In this document: in pieces, positions 8,176 to 18,710 of the stretch | How positions within the stretch are numbered: position 1 is the first letter of the stretch | Layout of the letters: the number at the start of each line of letters is the position of its first letter | Assembly: GCA_032127745.1 (NCBI GenBank) | Contig: JAQBHL010000368.1 | Location: 2,184-66,183, forward strand | Source: Acidobacteriota bacterium | GTDB taxonomy: Bacteria; Acidobacteriota; Vicinamibacteria; Fen-336; JAGNNV01 | DNA length: 64,000 nucleotides | Reading direction: 5' to 3' | Made by a program: the position numbers and the translations under genes | Notes under the pieces: model-generated | What the model was told of the DNA's origin: nothing | Database searches by the model: none | Seen by the model: the letters and a program-made list of their open reading frames with translations, nothing else

Positions 8176-8998
8176 GGAGGAAGGCCACGGTGTTGTGTCG
8201 CTTCGCCAGGCCCTCCACCGAGAGGAATGCGGCGCCCCAGCCCGCAAGAGGGGCCGGGTTCGCGATCCCTGAGAACCAGGCTTCCCAGAAAGGGGCGTCG
8301 AGGAGTCCTCTACGGTAGGTGAAGACCACCGCTCGGGCCAGCCGCTCCGGTTCGCCGAAGGTGTAGAACACCGCCGCCCGCGGGGCGATCTGCGTGGCGG
8401 TCGCCTCCATCAGCCTTCGAAGACCCAGGGCGCCGACCTTCGGGTTCATTCCCAGTTGAAGGACGAGATCGGCGCCGTGCGCGACTCCGTGACGCCAGCC
8501 GGAAACCGCGTCGAAACCGCGATAGTCGTCGACGCGTTCCAGGCTCGAGGCGGCGACCTCAACCAGGGAGGCGCGGACCGACTCCTCGAACACTGGCTCG
8601 ATTCGGTCCGCGCGCGCCACCTCCGACAGCGCGAGCGCGGCGAAGGGGAGGCGAAAGCCGCGGGCGTCCTTTTCGCCGGAGAGCGTGGACCGGAGGGAAC
8701 GCTCGAGGACGGCGATCGTGTCGGAAGTCAACGCCCTGGCTCGGAGCCAGGTGGAGAGCGCCTCGAACGCCACGCCGTCACGGATCGCCGGGTCGGGATC
8801 ATCGAGGCAGGAGAGGAAGGCCACGGCCAGCCGATTGCGTTCGTCGGCTGCCGGCACTTCGAACCTTGTCTCTTTGAGCTCCATCAATCCCGCCCTGGTC
8901 ATGGGGGCGGGCGGGCACGGGGCGCTCACCGAAATCAACGGGGCGGCCGGGCCGGGCAGCACGAGGCGAGCCACCAGCAGGGGCAGGGCGGGAATCAT
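8078..8998 (-). CDS. Secreted hypothetical protein (DUF2785-like)
   Basis: Start taken at the internal Met giving signal peptide MIPALPLLVARLVLPGPAAP. The upstream 49 codons of the ORF are Arg-rich and probably non-coding. Family assignment is tentative. Confidence 0.5.
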   Translation of the reverse strand: MIPALPLLVARLVLPGPAAPLISVSAPCPPAPMTRAGLMELKETRFEVPAADERNRLAVAFLSCLDDPDPAIRDGVAFEALSTWLRARALTSDTIAVLERSLRSTLSGEKDARGFRLPFAALALSEVARADRIEPVFEESVRASLVEVAASSLERVDDYRGFDAVSGWRHGVAHGADLVLQLGMNPKVGALGLRRLMEATATQIAPRAAVFYTFGEPERLARAVVFTYRRGLLDAPFWEAWFSGIANPAPLAGWGAAFLSVEGLAKRHNTVAFLQALSFAGRAGEDEAGRAIAALADRALTQIMGS

Positions 8999-9226
8999 CA
9001 GGATTCTCCACCCCTTTGATTCTCGGTGTCGTCCGGATAGAAGATGGCGATGCTCAGGGCGGCGCCCACATAGGCGTTCAGCATCCGGCTCAGTTCTCTC
9101 GCGCGCGGATGGAGAGGGCGTCGTTGCCCGCGCGCGGCGGAGCACCGAAGAAGCGCCGGAACCTGTCCATCATGAACGCGGTGATCCTATGCGATCCGCC
9201 GCTGCTGGTCTTCAGCCCGTGGGCCT

Positions 9227-10315
9227 CTACGGCTTCTGGTATGCGGGGACCGCTCTCAGCACGGGTGCGATGTTTGCCAGGGTGGCGCCCGGCCACATCG
9301 AGGGAACGCCGCGGATGAATGTAATGAGGCCTCCAACCGGCGCCTTCACCTGGCCCGTGACCCGGCCCAGGTAATCGGTGGTCTCGCCGATGACATCGCC
9401 TTCCTTTACGATCGCGCTCCGCTTCGCCTTCGCGAAGAACATGCCCCCGGCGTCGGCCTGGGCGCGCGCGCCGGAGCCGACAAACACCGGCTTGGCCAGG
9501 GGCGTGAACGAGTGCGCGATCATCTTGAGAGAAGCCAGCACGTTCAGGCTGCCCGCGATCAACGCGTCCACGTCCTCGGGAAGAGCCAGTCCGCTTCGGC
9601 CGGCCTCCGCGACGAAGGTTGTCTTTCCAAGGGAAAGCGCGTAGCCGCTGAGGCTGCGGATGCTGTTGAGGTTCGTCACGTCGATGTCGCGCAGGATCAC
9701 GTGGTCAAGACCGAAAGCGCCCACCAGGTCGCGCGACGCCTGGTCCTGGACCTCGTTACCGGTGCGAATCCAGTAGCTGTAGGGCCGGAGGTCCTCGTCC
9801 ATATCGCCGCCATGAAGATCCACGATCACGCTCGCCGGCTTCACAATCTGCTCTGCCACCATGGCCAGCGCCCGCTCGGTCTGCGTGCCCGCCGGGCTGC
9901 CGGGGTAGGAGCCATTCATGGGCTTCCGGTCGACCGGGTTCAGGTGGACCGTCATCTGCTCGAACGACGCGACGTTGAGGAGGGGCGCGACGATAACCGT
10001 GCCGCTCAGCGTCTTCGGATCGATGCGGCTGGTGAGCCGGGTGAGCGCCACTATGGAGGCGTATTCGGTGCCGTGACTCCCCGCGACGAAAGCGACCACG
10101 GGGCCCGGCTTCGCGCCGTTCACCACCGCTATCGCGATGTTCAACGCCGGGTCGGTCCCGGCGGGAACTTTCAACTCGCCGTAGGCGGTGGCGCCGCGGG
10201 TGGCGTTGGCCGTGCCCACCGTGAAGGTCGCGTCTTCGGCGGGAACGATCACGCCTTGGAACGCAAACAAGGCGGCGAGAAGTGCGGGACGGGCAAATCG
10301 TTGGGTGGATCTCAT
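9227..10315 (-). CDS. Succinylglutamate desuccinylase/aspartoacylase family zinc hydrolase, secreted
   Basis: Signal peptide (MRSTQRFARPALLAALFAFQG) and family blocks ...VAFVAGSHGTEYAS...DLHGGD... Confidence 0.7.
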   Translation of the reverse strand: MRSTQRFARPALLAALFAFQGVIVPAEDATFTVGTANATRGATAYGELKVPAGTDPALNIAIAVVNGAKPGPVVAFVAGSHGTEYASIVALTRLTSRIDPKTLSGTVIVAPLLNVASFEQMTVHLNPVDRKPMNGSYPGSPAGTQTERALAMVAEQIVKPASVIVDLHGGDMDEDLRPYSYWIRTGNEVQDQASRDLVGAFGLDHVILRDIDVTNLNSIRSLSGYALSLGKTTFVAEAGRSGLALPEDVDALIAGSLNVLASLKMIAHSFTPLAKPVFVGSGARAQADAGGMFFAKAKRSAIVKEGDVIGETTDYLGRVTGQVKAPVGGLITFIRGVPSMWPGATLANIAPVLRAVPAYQKP

Positions 10316-10521
10316 GGCGCTCCTGGCTCGGCGCGCCGCCTGGCCTTCGGTCACTCCGAAATGGAGGGCGCGTCAACCCCGCGATTGTAGTCCGAAGGGG
10401 CCGGAGCGTCGGCTGCCGTCGAATTGAGTCGGAGGGGGTCTGCAAACCGAGGCGCCGCCCCTGTCCCTGGATCCGAGGTAGGCGAGAATAGGGAGAAGAA
10501 ACACACGCTGAAGGAGGATGG

Positions 10522-11595
10522 ATGGGTTTGCATGGAGTGGTCGTGCTGGGTTTAGGCAAGGTCGGAAGTCTCGTCGGCACGCTGTTGAAAGAGAGCGGTT
10601 TCAAGGTGAGCGGCCTGGACGCGGCGCCGCGAAAGGAGTTGCCCTTCGACACCCAGGTGGTGAACCTGTCGGACGCCGCCGCCCTGCGGCCGTTTCTGAA
10701 GGCCGCCGACGCGGTCGTGAGCTGCCTGCCCTTTCATCTGAACATCGCCCTTTCGAAGGAGGCCCACGCCGCCTCCATCCACTATTTCGATCTGACCGAA
10801 GACGTCGCCACCACGGAGCAGATCCGGGAGCTGGCGAAGAGCAGCAAGCGCGTGATGGCGCCGCAGTGCGGCCTGGCTCCCGGCTTTATTGGCATCGTGG
10901 GGGCTGACCTGGCCAGGAAGTTCGATCGTCTGCGGAGCATCGAGCTGAAAGTGGGTGCCTTGCCCAGGCATCCGCGCGGCAAACTCGGCTACGCCTTCAA
11001 CTGGAGTCCCGAGGGCGTCATCAATGAGTACATCAACGACTGCGAAGTGATCCGGATGGGCCATCGCCAGCTGGTCCCCGCACTGGAAGGCTACGAGATG
11101 GTCGTGATCAACGGCGTCCAGCTCGAAGCCGCCACCACGTCAGGGGGCCTGGGCACGATGTGCGAGACCTACGAGGGGAAGGTGGAAACGCTCCACTACA
11201 AGACCATGCGGTACCTCGGCCACTTCGAGCACATCAAATTCCTCTTCCAGGAACTGCGCATGCAGGAAGACCGAGCCGCCCTGGGCCGGATCATGAAGAA
11301 CGCCCTGCCCCCGGTGGCCGAGGACTACGTTTTCGTCCACGCCGCGGTGGAAGGCTGGAAAGACGATCAGCTTTCTCGCGAAGAGTTCGTGCGTTCGTAC
11401 CCCCAGATGCAGGTCGTAGGTCAAGAGTGGCGCGCGATCAGCTGGACCACCGCCGCGAGTCTGTGCGCGGTCATCGAAATGGTGCGCGATGGGAACCTGC
11501 CCCAGCAGGGCTTCCTGAAACAGGAATCGATTCCGCTCGATGGCTTCCTGAAGACGAAGAACGGCGCCTACTACCTGAGCCACGAGCGGTCCTAG
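10522..11595 (+). CDS. Saccharopine dehydrogenase family NAD(P)-binding protein
   Basis: N-terminal Rossmann motif VVVLGLGKVGSLV. AAGGAGG Shine-Dalgarno 4 nt upstream of the ATG. Length and blocks fit saccharopine/lysine dehydrogenase-like enzymes. Confidence 0.8.
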   Translation: MGLHGVVVLGLGKVGSLVGTLLKESGFKVSGLDAAPRKELPFDTQVVNLSDAAALRPFLKAADAVVSCLPFHLNIALSKEAHAASIHYFDLTEDVATTEQIRELAKSSKRVMAPQCGLAPGFIGIVGADLARKFDRLRSIELKVGALPRHPRGKLGYAFNWSPEGVINEYINDCEVIRMGHRQLVPALEGYEMVVINGVQLEAATTSGGLGTMCETYEGKVETLHYKTMRYLGHFEHIKFLFQELRMQEDRAALGRIMKNALPPVAEDYVFVHAAVEGWKDDQLSREEFVRSYPQMQVVGQEWRAISWTTAASLCAVIEMVRDGNLPQQGFLKQESIPLDGFLKTKNGAYYLSHERS

Positions 11596-11755
11596 TCCAG
11601 GCTCCGGGTGACGGCGGGGGTGACGACGGCGGCCGGGTCGCCTCGATTCGCCGCGGATCGAGTCGCCACATCACCTCGGTCGATCCGCCGATGGCGACCA
11701 GCCGCCCCTTCCGGCTCTTGTGGGAAACTCGGGCCAGCGAATAACCTTATCGGCT

Positions 11756-12325
11756 ATGGCCATCAACGTATCGGACCTGAAGCGCGGCGACATCCTGGAG
11801 ATCGACGGTGACCCCTGGCAGGTGGGAGAGGTCCAGTCGCAGACGCCCTCCGCGCGTGGCGCGTCCATGTTGATCAAGACCAAGATCAAGAATCTCCGCA
11901 CCGGACAGAGCCAGGCCAAGACCTGGCGCGGCGGCGACATGGAGAAGAACGCCGAGGTGGACTACCGCAACGCCCAGTTTCTCTACAAGCAGGGCGACGA
12001 TTTCGTGTTCATGGACCTCGCTTCTTATGAGCAGTTCACCCTGGCCGCGGACCATGTGGGCGACGCCGCCGGCTTCATGCTCGAGAACCTGGAGGTCCGC
12101 ACCACCCTGTTTCAGGACCGGGTGATCGCTCTGATCCTGCCCATTGCCGTGGATCTCGAGGTCAAGGAGACGGCGCCCGCCATCAAAGGGGCCACCGCGC
12201 AGGCTCAACTCAAGCCCGCGATCACCGAAACCGGGGCCCAGGTGATGGTGCCGTCCTACGTCGAGACGGGCGAGAGGATCCGGGTCGACACTCGGGACGG
12301 CCGGTTTCTGGAGCGATCCAAGTGA
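11756..12325 (+). CDS. efp: Elongation factor P
   Basis: MAINVSDLKRGDILEIDGDPWQV...KTKIKNLRTG...VPSYVETGERIRVDTRDGRFLERSK aligns with EF-P along its full length (KOW/OB domains). Confidence 0.9.
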   Translation: MAINVSDLKRGDILEIDGDPWQVGEVQSQTPSARGASMLIKTKIKNLRTGQSQAKTWRGGDMEKNAEVDYRNAQFLYKQGDDFVFMDLASYEQFTLAADHVGDAAGFMLENLEVRTTLFQDRVIALILPIAVDLEVKETAPAIKGATAQAQLKPAITETGAQVMVPSYVETGERIRVDTRDGRFLERSK

Positions 12326-12344
12326 CCCTCCGGGTGCCCGGCGC

Positions 12345-14057
12345 CTACGGTCGCTGGTAGCCGGGACCGCGAAGGGCACGACCTGGACGGGCGCTCGTGA
12401 TCGTGCCGCCATCGACCACCAGCTGGCCATTCACGGCCACGTAGGGGATCCCGGCGCTGTAGTGAAGCGGATCGGCGTAGGTGGCGCGGGAATCCACGGT
12501 CTCGGGGTCGAAGGCGACGAGGTCGGCGGCCAGGCCCGCGCGCACGATCCCGCGATCCTGAAGATGCATGCGGGCCGCGGGCAGGGAGGTCATCTTGCGC
12601 ACCGCTTCTTCCAGGCTCAGCACCTTCTGGTCGCGGACGTAATAGCCGAGGATTCTGGAAGCCGACCCAAAGGCCCGGGGATGAGACTTCTCCTTCGAGA
12701 AGATGCCGTCCTCGGCGCTCGCTCCCGAGTCGGTGCAGAAGGAGACGAAGGGGTGACGCAGGGCCAGGCGAACATCGTCCTCGTTCATGGAGAAGGAGAC
12801 GCGAGCGGTGGCGCCCCGGTCGGCGATGACCAGATCGAAGATTACATCGATGGGGTCCTTCCCCTCCGAGGTGGCAAGCTGAGCGATGGTCTGTCCTTCA
12901 TCCTTCTTGAGCGCCTGGTTGATCACGCTGGTGATGAGAATCCGCGCCGCACCTTCGGGCCAGTCCTTGTTCTCGGGAAGTTTGAGGAAGTCCTCTCGCG
13001 CCCTGGCGCGCTGCTTCGGGTCCTGGAGCCGCCCCACCATCTTCTCCGCCCCGCCCTCGCGGACCCAGAAGGGCAGGCTGGCGTCGAGGCCGTTGGAGCT
13101 CGCCGCCCAGGGATACTGGTCGGCGCTCACGTCGAGGCCCGCGGCCCGCGCGTCCTCGATACGCTGGAGCATCGACTTCATCCGCCCCCAGTTGTCCTTG
13201 CCCGAGGCCTTTAGGTGATAGATCTCGGCCGGTATCCCCGCCTCGCGGGCGATCCTGAACACTTCGTCCATGCTGGCGTCGAGTCCTCCGCCGTTGTCGT
13301 CGCCCTCGTCCCTCTGATGAGTGATGTAGCTGCCGCCATAGCTCGCCGCCACTTTGGCGAGGGCGATGATCTCTTCGGTCGACGCGAAGTGATCGGGTAC
13401 GTAGATCAAGGAGGTGGACACTCCGAGCGCGCCCTCCTCCATGGCCTGAGCCACCGTCTTCTTCATCAGGTCCAGTTCCGCGGGCGTGGGCGGACGGTCG
13501 TCCTCCCCGATCACCAGGTTGCGCACTCCACCCGCGCCCACGAAAGTCCCCAGGTTGAGCGCCGATCCGCGCTTCGTCCATTCGTCGAAGTAGCCGGCCA
13601 GAGTGGTGAAGCTCGGGGTGTAGCCGTAGTGCTCGTAGCTCTCACGGCCCGCTTCCAGCATGCGCGCGTTAAGAGGCGCGATTGAACCTCCTTCCCCGGT
13701 GATCTCGGTGGTGATGCCCTGGGTGATCTTGCTGGCCCCGCGTGAATCCACCAGCAGCCGATACTCCGACTGCCCCATCATGTCGATGAAACCGGGAGCG
13801 ATGACCAGTCGGCTGGCATCGATCCGCCTCTTCGCCGCGGCATTGAGCGCGGGCCCGACCGCGGCGATCCGATCGCCGGAGACGCAGACATCCGCGCGGA
13901 ACCACGGCGCGCCCGTGCCATCGACCACCCGCCCGCCGGCGAAGAGAAGGTCGCATCGAAGCTCGGCCGCGGTCTGAGCGGCCATCGCGACCTCCGCCTC
14001 CGTCGTCGGACTCATGAGCGCAGCGAGGGTGAGGGCCAGCCAGGTGGATGATTTCAT
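12345..14057 (-). CDS. N-acyl-D-amino-acid deacylase (D-aminoacylase), amidohydrolase superfamily, with signal peptide
   Basis: 570 aa. ...GFIDMMGQSE...GITTEITGEGGSIAP...YPWAASSN... are typical D-aminoacylase blocks. N-terminal signal peptide. Confidence 0.85.
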   Translation of the reverse strand: MKSSTWLALTLAALMSPTTEAEVAMAAQTAAELRCDLLFAGGRVVDGTGAPWFRADVCVSGDRIAAVGPALNAAAKRRIDASRLVIAPGFIDMMGQSEYRLLVDSRGASKITQGITTEITGEGGSIAPLNARMLEAGRESYEHYGYTPSFTTLAGYFDEWTKRGSALNLGTFVGAGGVRNLVIGEDDRPPTPAELDLMKKTVAQAMEEGALGVSTSLIYVPDHFASTEEIIALAKVAASYGGSYITHQRDEGDDNGGGLDASMDEVFRIAREAGIPAEIYHLKASGKDNWGRMKSMLQRIEDARAAGLDVSADQYPWAASSNGLDASLPFWVREGGAEKMVGRLQDPKQRARAREDFLKLPENKDWPEGAARILITSVINQALKKDEGQTIAQLATSEGKDPIDVIFDLVIADRGATARVSFSMNEDDVRLALRHPFVSFCTDSGASAEDGIFSKEKSHPRAFGSASRILGYYVRDQKVLSLEEAVRKMTSLPAARMHLQDRGIVRAGLAADLVAFDPETVDSRATYADPLHYSAGIPYVAVNGQLVVDGGTITSARPGRALRGPGYQRP

Positions 14058-14972
14058 TTCTTGTCTCCGGGAGCGTTTCGAAACTGAACGATAGTCCGGT
14101 CCGGACTTCGCGGGGAGGCCGGGTTTCCGCTAGCCGAAGAGCGAGGTGAAGAACCGCCTGACCCGCGACACGACGCGCGCCAGCAGGCCTGGGGTTGCCA
14201 CGGCGCCGCTCGGGGTTGCCCCCGCGGGCGCGGTTGGTTCGGCGGGGGTGGAACCAACCGCAGGCGCCGCGGTCGGGAGAGGCGGCCGGGGTTCGGGTTT
14301 CTGCGGAAGCACGGCGGACCGGCCGGCGGGTGAGAGAGCGGGCGGCAGGGTCGAAGCGCCTGCGGCGATGGGGGGCGTCGTCGGCGCGATCGTCGGGGTA
14401 GCGAGCGGGGTCGGAGATGGAGACGGAACCGGAGCGGCCGCGACCTGCCCCGGCGCCACGCGACCCCTGGATAGAAGTGAAAGACGACCGACCGCCCACA
14501 TAGTGCTGACCCTTGATTCCTTGTCTGGTTGAGTTGGGAGGGTAAGCCTACTTCGGTGAGGCCGCGATGGCGATCTGGTCGCCCCCGCGGATTGATGGCG
14601 AGGCGGCTCAGATCCTTGAGCCCGAGGCTCCGAAAGTCCGCGATCTCGCGCCAGTCCTGGTCGAGGCCCGGCTTCAGGGCCAGGACCCTGGGTCCGGCGG
14701 AGATCACCAGGGTTTCCATCCTTCAGCCACGTCGTAGTCTTCGCGGCCCTTCGGAGCGCGAGCGATGTCCTTCACCGCGCCTCTGGCATCGACCTCCTTG
14801 ATCGTCCATCGGGTGGGCTGGCTTCGCCAGGCAACGCTCGACCCCCCGGTTCGAAGGAGAATGCCGTGAGGGGAGCCGGGTCAGGGCACACCACCACGCC
14901 CGTCGACGGCACCGACCTCGGGGAGATATCCTGTCTTGCCTCCTGGCCCTCGCTCCTGTCCAGCTCTCCGGT

Positions 14973-17537
14973 ATGGTCGCCACTCTCTTCAACTCCCTGC
15001 CCGACCCGTCCGCTGGAACCGACGAACTCCTCGGCCGCTTCCTCGACTACGTCGCGTCCCGGGGTCTGAGTCTGTATCCGGCGCAGGAAGAGGCAATCCT
15101 CGACCTGTTCGAGGGGAAGAACGTCATCCTCAACACCCCCACCGGTTCCGGGAAGTCGCTGGTCGCTTCGGCTCTGCATTTCGACGCCCTCACCCGCGGC
15201 CGCCGTTCCGTCTACACCTGTCCGATCAAGGCGCTGGTCAACGAGAAGTGGATGGCCCTGTGCCGTGAACTGGGTCCGGAGAACGTGGGCCTGTCGACCG
15301 GCGACGCCACCGTCAATCGCGACGCGCCCGTGCTGTGCTGCACCGCCGAGGTGCTGGCCAACATCGCTCTGCGCGACGGCGAGGACGCGCGCATCGACGA
15401 TGTGGTGATGGATGAATTTCACTGGTACGCGGATCGCGATCGAGGTGTGGCCTGGCAGGCCCCTTTGCTGACCCTCAAGCGGACGCGGTTCCTTCTCATG
15501 TCCGCCACCCTGGGAGACATGACGTTCTTCTCCGAGGCCCTGACCTCCCTCAACGGCCTTCCGACCAGGACGGTGATGTCCGTGGACCGGCCGGTGCCGC
15601 TGGAGTTCACCTACTCCGAGATCCCGCTTCCGCAGACCCTCGAGAATCTGGTCGGCGAGGGCAAGGGCCCGGTCTACGTGGTCCACTTCACGCAAGGAGA
15701 CGCGGCGGACAGCGCCCAGGCCTTCACCAGCCTCGTCCTCTCCTCCCGCGAGGAAAAGAACGCGGTGGCGAGGGAGATCGAAGACTTCAAGTTCAAGAGC
15801 CCCTACGGGCCGAACATCCGGAAGTGGCTGAAGCAGGGCATCGGCCTGCATCACGCCGGGCTCCTGCCGAAGTACCGGGTGCTCATCGAGCAACTGGCCC
15901 AGCGCGGCCTGCTGAAGGTCATCTGCGGCACGGATACGCTCGGCGTCGGCATCAATGTTCCCATCCGCACCGTGCTGTTCACGCGGCTGTGCAAGTTCGA
16001 TGGCCAGAAGACCGGAATTCTCTCCGCCCGGGACTTCCACCAGATCGCGGGTCGCGCGGGCCGCAAGGGCTTCGATGATGTCGGCTTCGTGGTCGCCCAG
16101 GCTCCGGAGCACTACATCGAGAATCTCAAGCTCGAAGAGAAGGCGGCGCAGGGCGGCAAGAAGTCGGTCAAGCGCAAACCGCCCGACCACAACTTCGTCA
16201 ACTGGGACAAGAAGACGTTCGAACGTCTGATCGGCGCTCCGCCGGAACGGCTGGCCTCGCGCTTTCAGGTGACCCACGCCATGCTCCTGAACGTCCTCTC
16301 CCGGAAGACCGACGGTTGCGCGGCCATGCGCGATCTGATTCGCGATTCTCACGAGACGGATCGCGCGAAGAGGGGCCACTTCAAGCGCGGATGGCAGCTC
16401 TTCAGGTCGCTGGTGCAGCGCGGGATCGTGGAGATCACCGGGCGGGCCGAGGCGCAGGGCGGATCGAAGGTCCGGGTGAATGTCGAGCTGCAGGACGACT
16501 TCTCGATGAACCAGACTCTGTCCTTGTACCTGATCGAGACCATTCCTCTCCTGGACGCGGATTCGCTCGACTATCCCCTCGACCTGTTGAGCCTGATCGA
16601 GGCCATCCTCGAGAACCCGGAGTTGATCCTGCGACGCCAGCTCGACAAGGTGAAAGGTCGCGCCATCGCCCAGATGAAGGCGGACGGGCTTGACTACGAC
16701 CAACGCATGGCCGAGTTGGAGAAGCTCGAATACCCGAAGCCGCGGCGCGAGTTCATCTACATGACCTTCAACGCCTTCGCGGACCGGCATCCCTGGGTGG
16801 GGGGGGAGGCCATCCGCCCCAAGTCGATCGTGCGGGAAATGTTCGAGGGATTCTGGTCGTTTTCCGACTACGTCTCGGAATACCAGATCGAGCGCGCCGA
16901 GGGCCTGCTCCTGCGTCATCTCAACAGTGTCTACAAGGTTCTGAGCCAGACCGTGCCCGATCCGGTGAAGTCCGACACCGTCCTCGAGATGGAGATCTAT
17001 CTCCGCACCATGCTCCGCGACGTGGACTCCAGCCTGCTCGAAGAGTGGGAGAGGATGAAGGACCCGAATTATCAGCCGGGCGCGGGATCGGGGGCGGGTG
17101 GTCTGGAAATGCGGCCGCCGGGCGCGGATGAGCCGACCGACATCACCCGCGACGCGAAGGCGTTCACGGCGGCCATCCGCACCCGCGCGTTCTCGTTCAT
17201 CCGCGCCTGGAGCGTGGGGGACGACGAAGCCGCGATGACGGTGCTGGCCTCAGCACGCGAAGGATCCGGCGAAGCGTGGACCCCGGACCGCCTGAAGAGG
17301 GCGCGTGAGGAGCACCGGGCGGAGCACAAGGGCGTCCGCCTCGACCCAGAGGCCCGCAATATGCGGCATACGCATGCGAAGGTGGCGCCCGATGGCGGGT
17401 CATGGCAGGTTCAGCAGATGCTGATCGACACGGAAGGCATCAACGACTGGGTTGCGGAGTTCGAGACGCCGCTGGCCGAGTCCCGCGACGCCGGCGAGCC
17501 GGTGATCCGGCTCACCAGGCTGGGTCCGTTCGAATGA
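14973..17537 (+). CDS. DEAD/DEAH-box helicase with C-terminal DUF3516-like domain
   Basis: Walker [17 protein letters not shown]-like VMDEFHW, SAT motif MSATLG and helicase C blocks ([15 protein letters not shown]), followed by a long C-terminal extension. Confidence 0.85.
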   Translation: MVATLFNSLPDPSAGTDELLGRFLDYVASRGLSLYPAQEEAILDLFEGKNVILNTPTGSGKSLVASALHFDALTRGRRSVYTCPIKALVNEKWMALCRELGPENVGLSTGDATVNRDAPVLCCTAEVLANIALRDGEDARIDDVVMDEFHWYADRDRGVAWQAPLLTLKRTRFLLMSATLGDMTFFSEALTSLNGLPTRTVMSVDRPVPLEFTYSEIPLPQTLENLVGEGKGPVYVVHFTQGDAADSAQAFTSLVLSSREEKNAVAREIEDFKFKSPYGPNIRKWLKQGIGLHHAGLLPKYRVLIEQLAQRGLLKVICGTDTLGVGINVPIRTVLFTRLCKFDGQKTGILSARDFHQIAGRAGRKGFDDVGFVVAQAPEHYIENLKLEEKAAQGGKKSVKRKPPDHNFVNWDKKTFERLIGAPPERLASRFQVTHAMLLNVLSRKTDGCAAMRDLIRDSHETDRAKRGHFKRGWQLFRSLVQRGIVEITGRAEAQGGSKVRVNVELQDDFSMNQTLSLYLIETIPLLDADSLDYPLDLLSLIEAILENPELILRRQLDKVKGRAIAQMKADGLDYDQRMAELEKLEYPKPRREFIYMTFNAFADRHPWVGGEAIRPKSIVREMFEGFWSFSDYVSEYQIERAEGLLLRHLNSVYKVLSQTVPDPVKSDTVLEMEIYLRTMLRDVDSSLLEEWERMKDPNYQPGAGSGAGGLEMRPPGADEPTDITRDAKAFTAAIRTRAFSFIRAWSVGDDEAAMTVLASAREGSGEAWTPDRLKRAREEHRAEHKGVRLDPEARNMRHTHAKVAPDGGSWQVQQMLIDTEGINDWVAEFETPLAESRDAGEPVIRLTRLGPFE

Positions 17538-17550
17538 CCGGGCGGGGCGG

Positions 17551-17588
17551 AGGGGGTGTAGTCGAATCCATCACTGGTCACCCCCTCG
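17551..17588. terminator. GC-rich hairpin between convergent genes (possible bidirectional terminator)
   Basis: GAGGGGGTG...(20 nt)...CACCCCCTC forms a 9-bp stem. No U-tract, so function is uncertain. It overlaps the last codons of the SGNH gene. Confidence 0.3.
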
Positions 17589-18692
17589 AACGGGTTTGCC
17601 GTTCTCAGCCGCTTGTGCCTTCAGTCGATCGCCGATGGCCTGCTCCACTTCGGGCAGGAAGGCGGCGGCCAGGTCCCGGATGCCGCTCCGGGTCATATGG
17701 CATATGTCCACGAAGCGATCAGGCTCTTTCAGCCGTTCGGCCACCGGGGCGATACGGTATCCCGAGGAGGCGTGAGAGGCCAGGGCTTCGTTGAAGTACT
17801 GGAGCAACGCGTAGTAGGAGGTGTAGCTGTACAAGGGGCTTCGGCGCGAACCCCATTGTTCCATGAGGTTGACCTCGAGGTACCGGCGAACCTCGGCACT
17901 CGCCCGGGAAATGTCAGGCGCCGCGAAGGTGCCAACCACGTGGGCGGCCCCCGCTTTGGCGCTGGCCGTGGTCACGCCGACCATGTTCTCGACCGTGCCG
18001 CGGATGTGCTCATCGAACTGATGATGCGGATACGGGGCGAGGCTCGCAAACAGCACGCTCCGGTAGAGGGCAGCCACATAGGGATGGTCGCGCGCCCATC
18101 TCCGCATATGGGTGTGCAGGAGGTCGTTGACCCCTTCGTACTGCACCACGACGTCAGGTTCGAAGTCCAGGAACGAGTAACGCTTCCGCGGCCAGTACTC
18201 TGACTGGACGCCGCTGATTCCGAGGTTCAGGACTTCGACGGACCAGGACGGATGCCGCTCTCGAAGCATGGCCTCGAGGAGGGCCGGATAGGTCGTGGCG
18301 TTGGTTTGTCCCTGAACCGTGGTGGAGCCTCCGATGCAGATGACTCGGACAACTCCACTGGCTTTCCTGGGCGAGAACTCGCGGGTGCGATAGCCAAGAC
18401 TGTTGGTCTCAACCACGTACTCCTGATCGCCCACGCTCATGACCGCCCGAGCCGATTTCTTGTACTCCTCCCACGGCTGCGCCCAAAGGCTGTCCGTCCA
18501 TGCCTCCATCAGGGTGCGGGCATCGTATGCGTGCGGATGGCGGACGCGAAACGCCTCCGCTCCGGCGACCTTCCGCGCGAGGAGCAGCCGGCAGGCAATC
18601 TCTCCGGCCAGGGCCAGGATGACGATTCCCATGAAGAACAGGTAGACGTTCCCGGCCCGGCGAAGAATCTTGAATCGCGATCGTGGGTGCAT
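17571..18692 (-). CDS. SGNH/GDSL hydrolase family protein with N-terminal membrane anchor
   Basis: N-terminal TM (VYLFFMGIVILALAG), then block I VICIGGSTT with a nucleophile Ser and later GxND-like VQYEGVNDLL. Confidence 0.7.
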   Translation of the reverse strand: MHPRSRFKILRRAGNVYLFFMGIVILALAGEIACRLLLARKVAGAEAFRVRHPHAYDARTLMEAWTDSLWAQPWEEYKKSARAVMSVGDQEYVVETNSLGYRTREFSPRKASGVVRVICIGGSTTVQGQTNATTYPALLEAMLRERHPSWSVEVLNLGISGVQSEYWPRKRYSFLDFEPDVVVQYEGVNDLLHTHMRRWARDHPYVAALYRSVLFASLAPYPHHQFDEHIRGTVENMVGVTTASAKAGAAHVVGTFAAPDISRASAEVRRYLEVNLMEQWGSRRSPLYSYTSYYALLQYFNEALASHASSGYRIAPVAERLKEPDRFVDICHMTRSGIRDLAAAFLPEVEQAIGDRLKAQAAENGKPVRGGDQ

Positions 18693-18710
18693 GGTGGATG
18701 TGGCTTCGTG

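Noticed and set aside
14130-14501. 123-aa Pro/Ala/Thr-rich ORF in the divergent aminoacylase/helicase intergenic region
   Set aside because: Extreme low complexity typical of GC-rich non-coding translation. A fully overlapping ORF exists on the opposite strand. No family resemblance.
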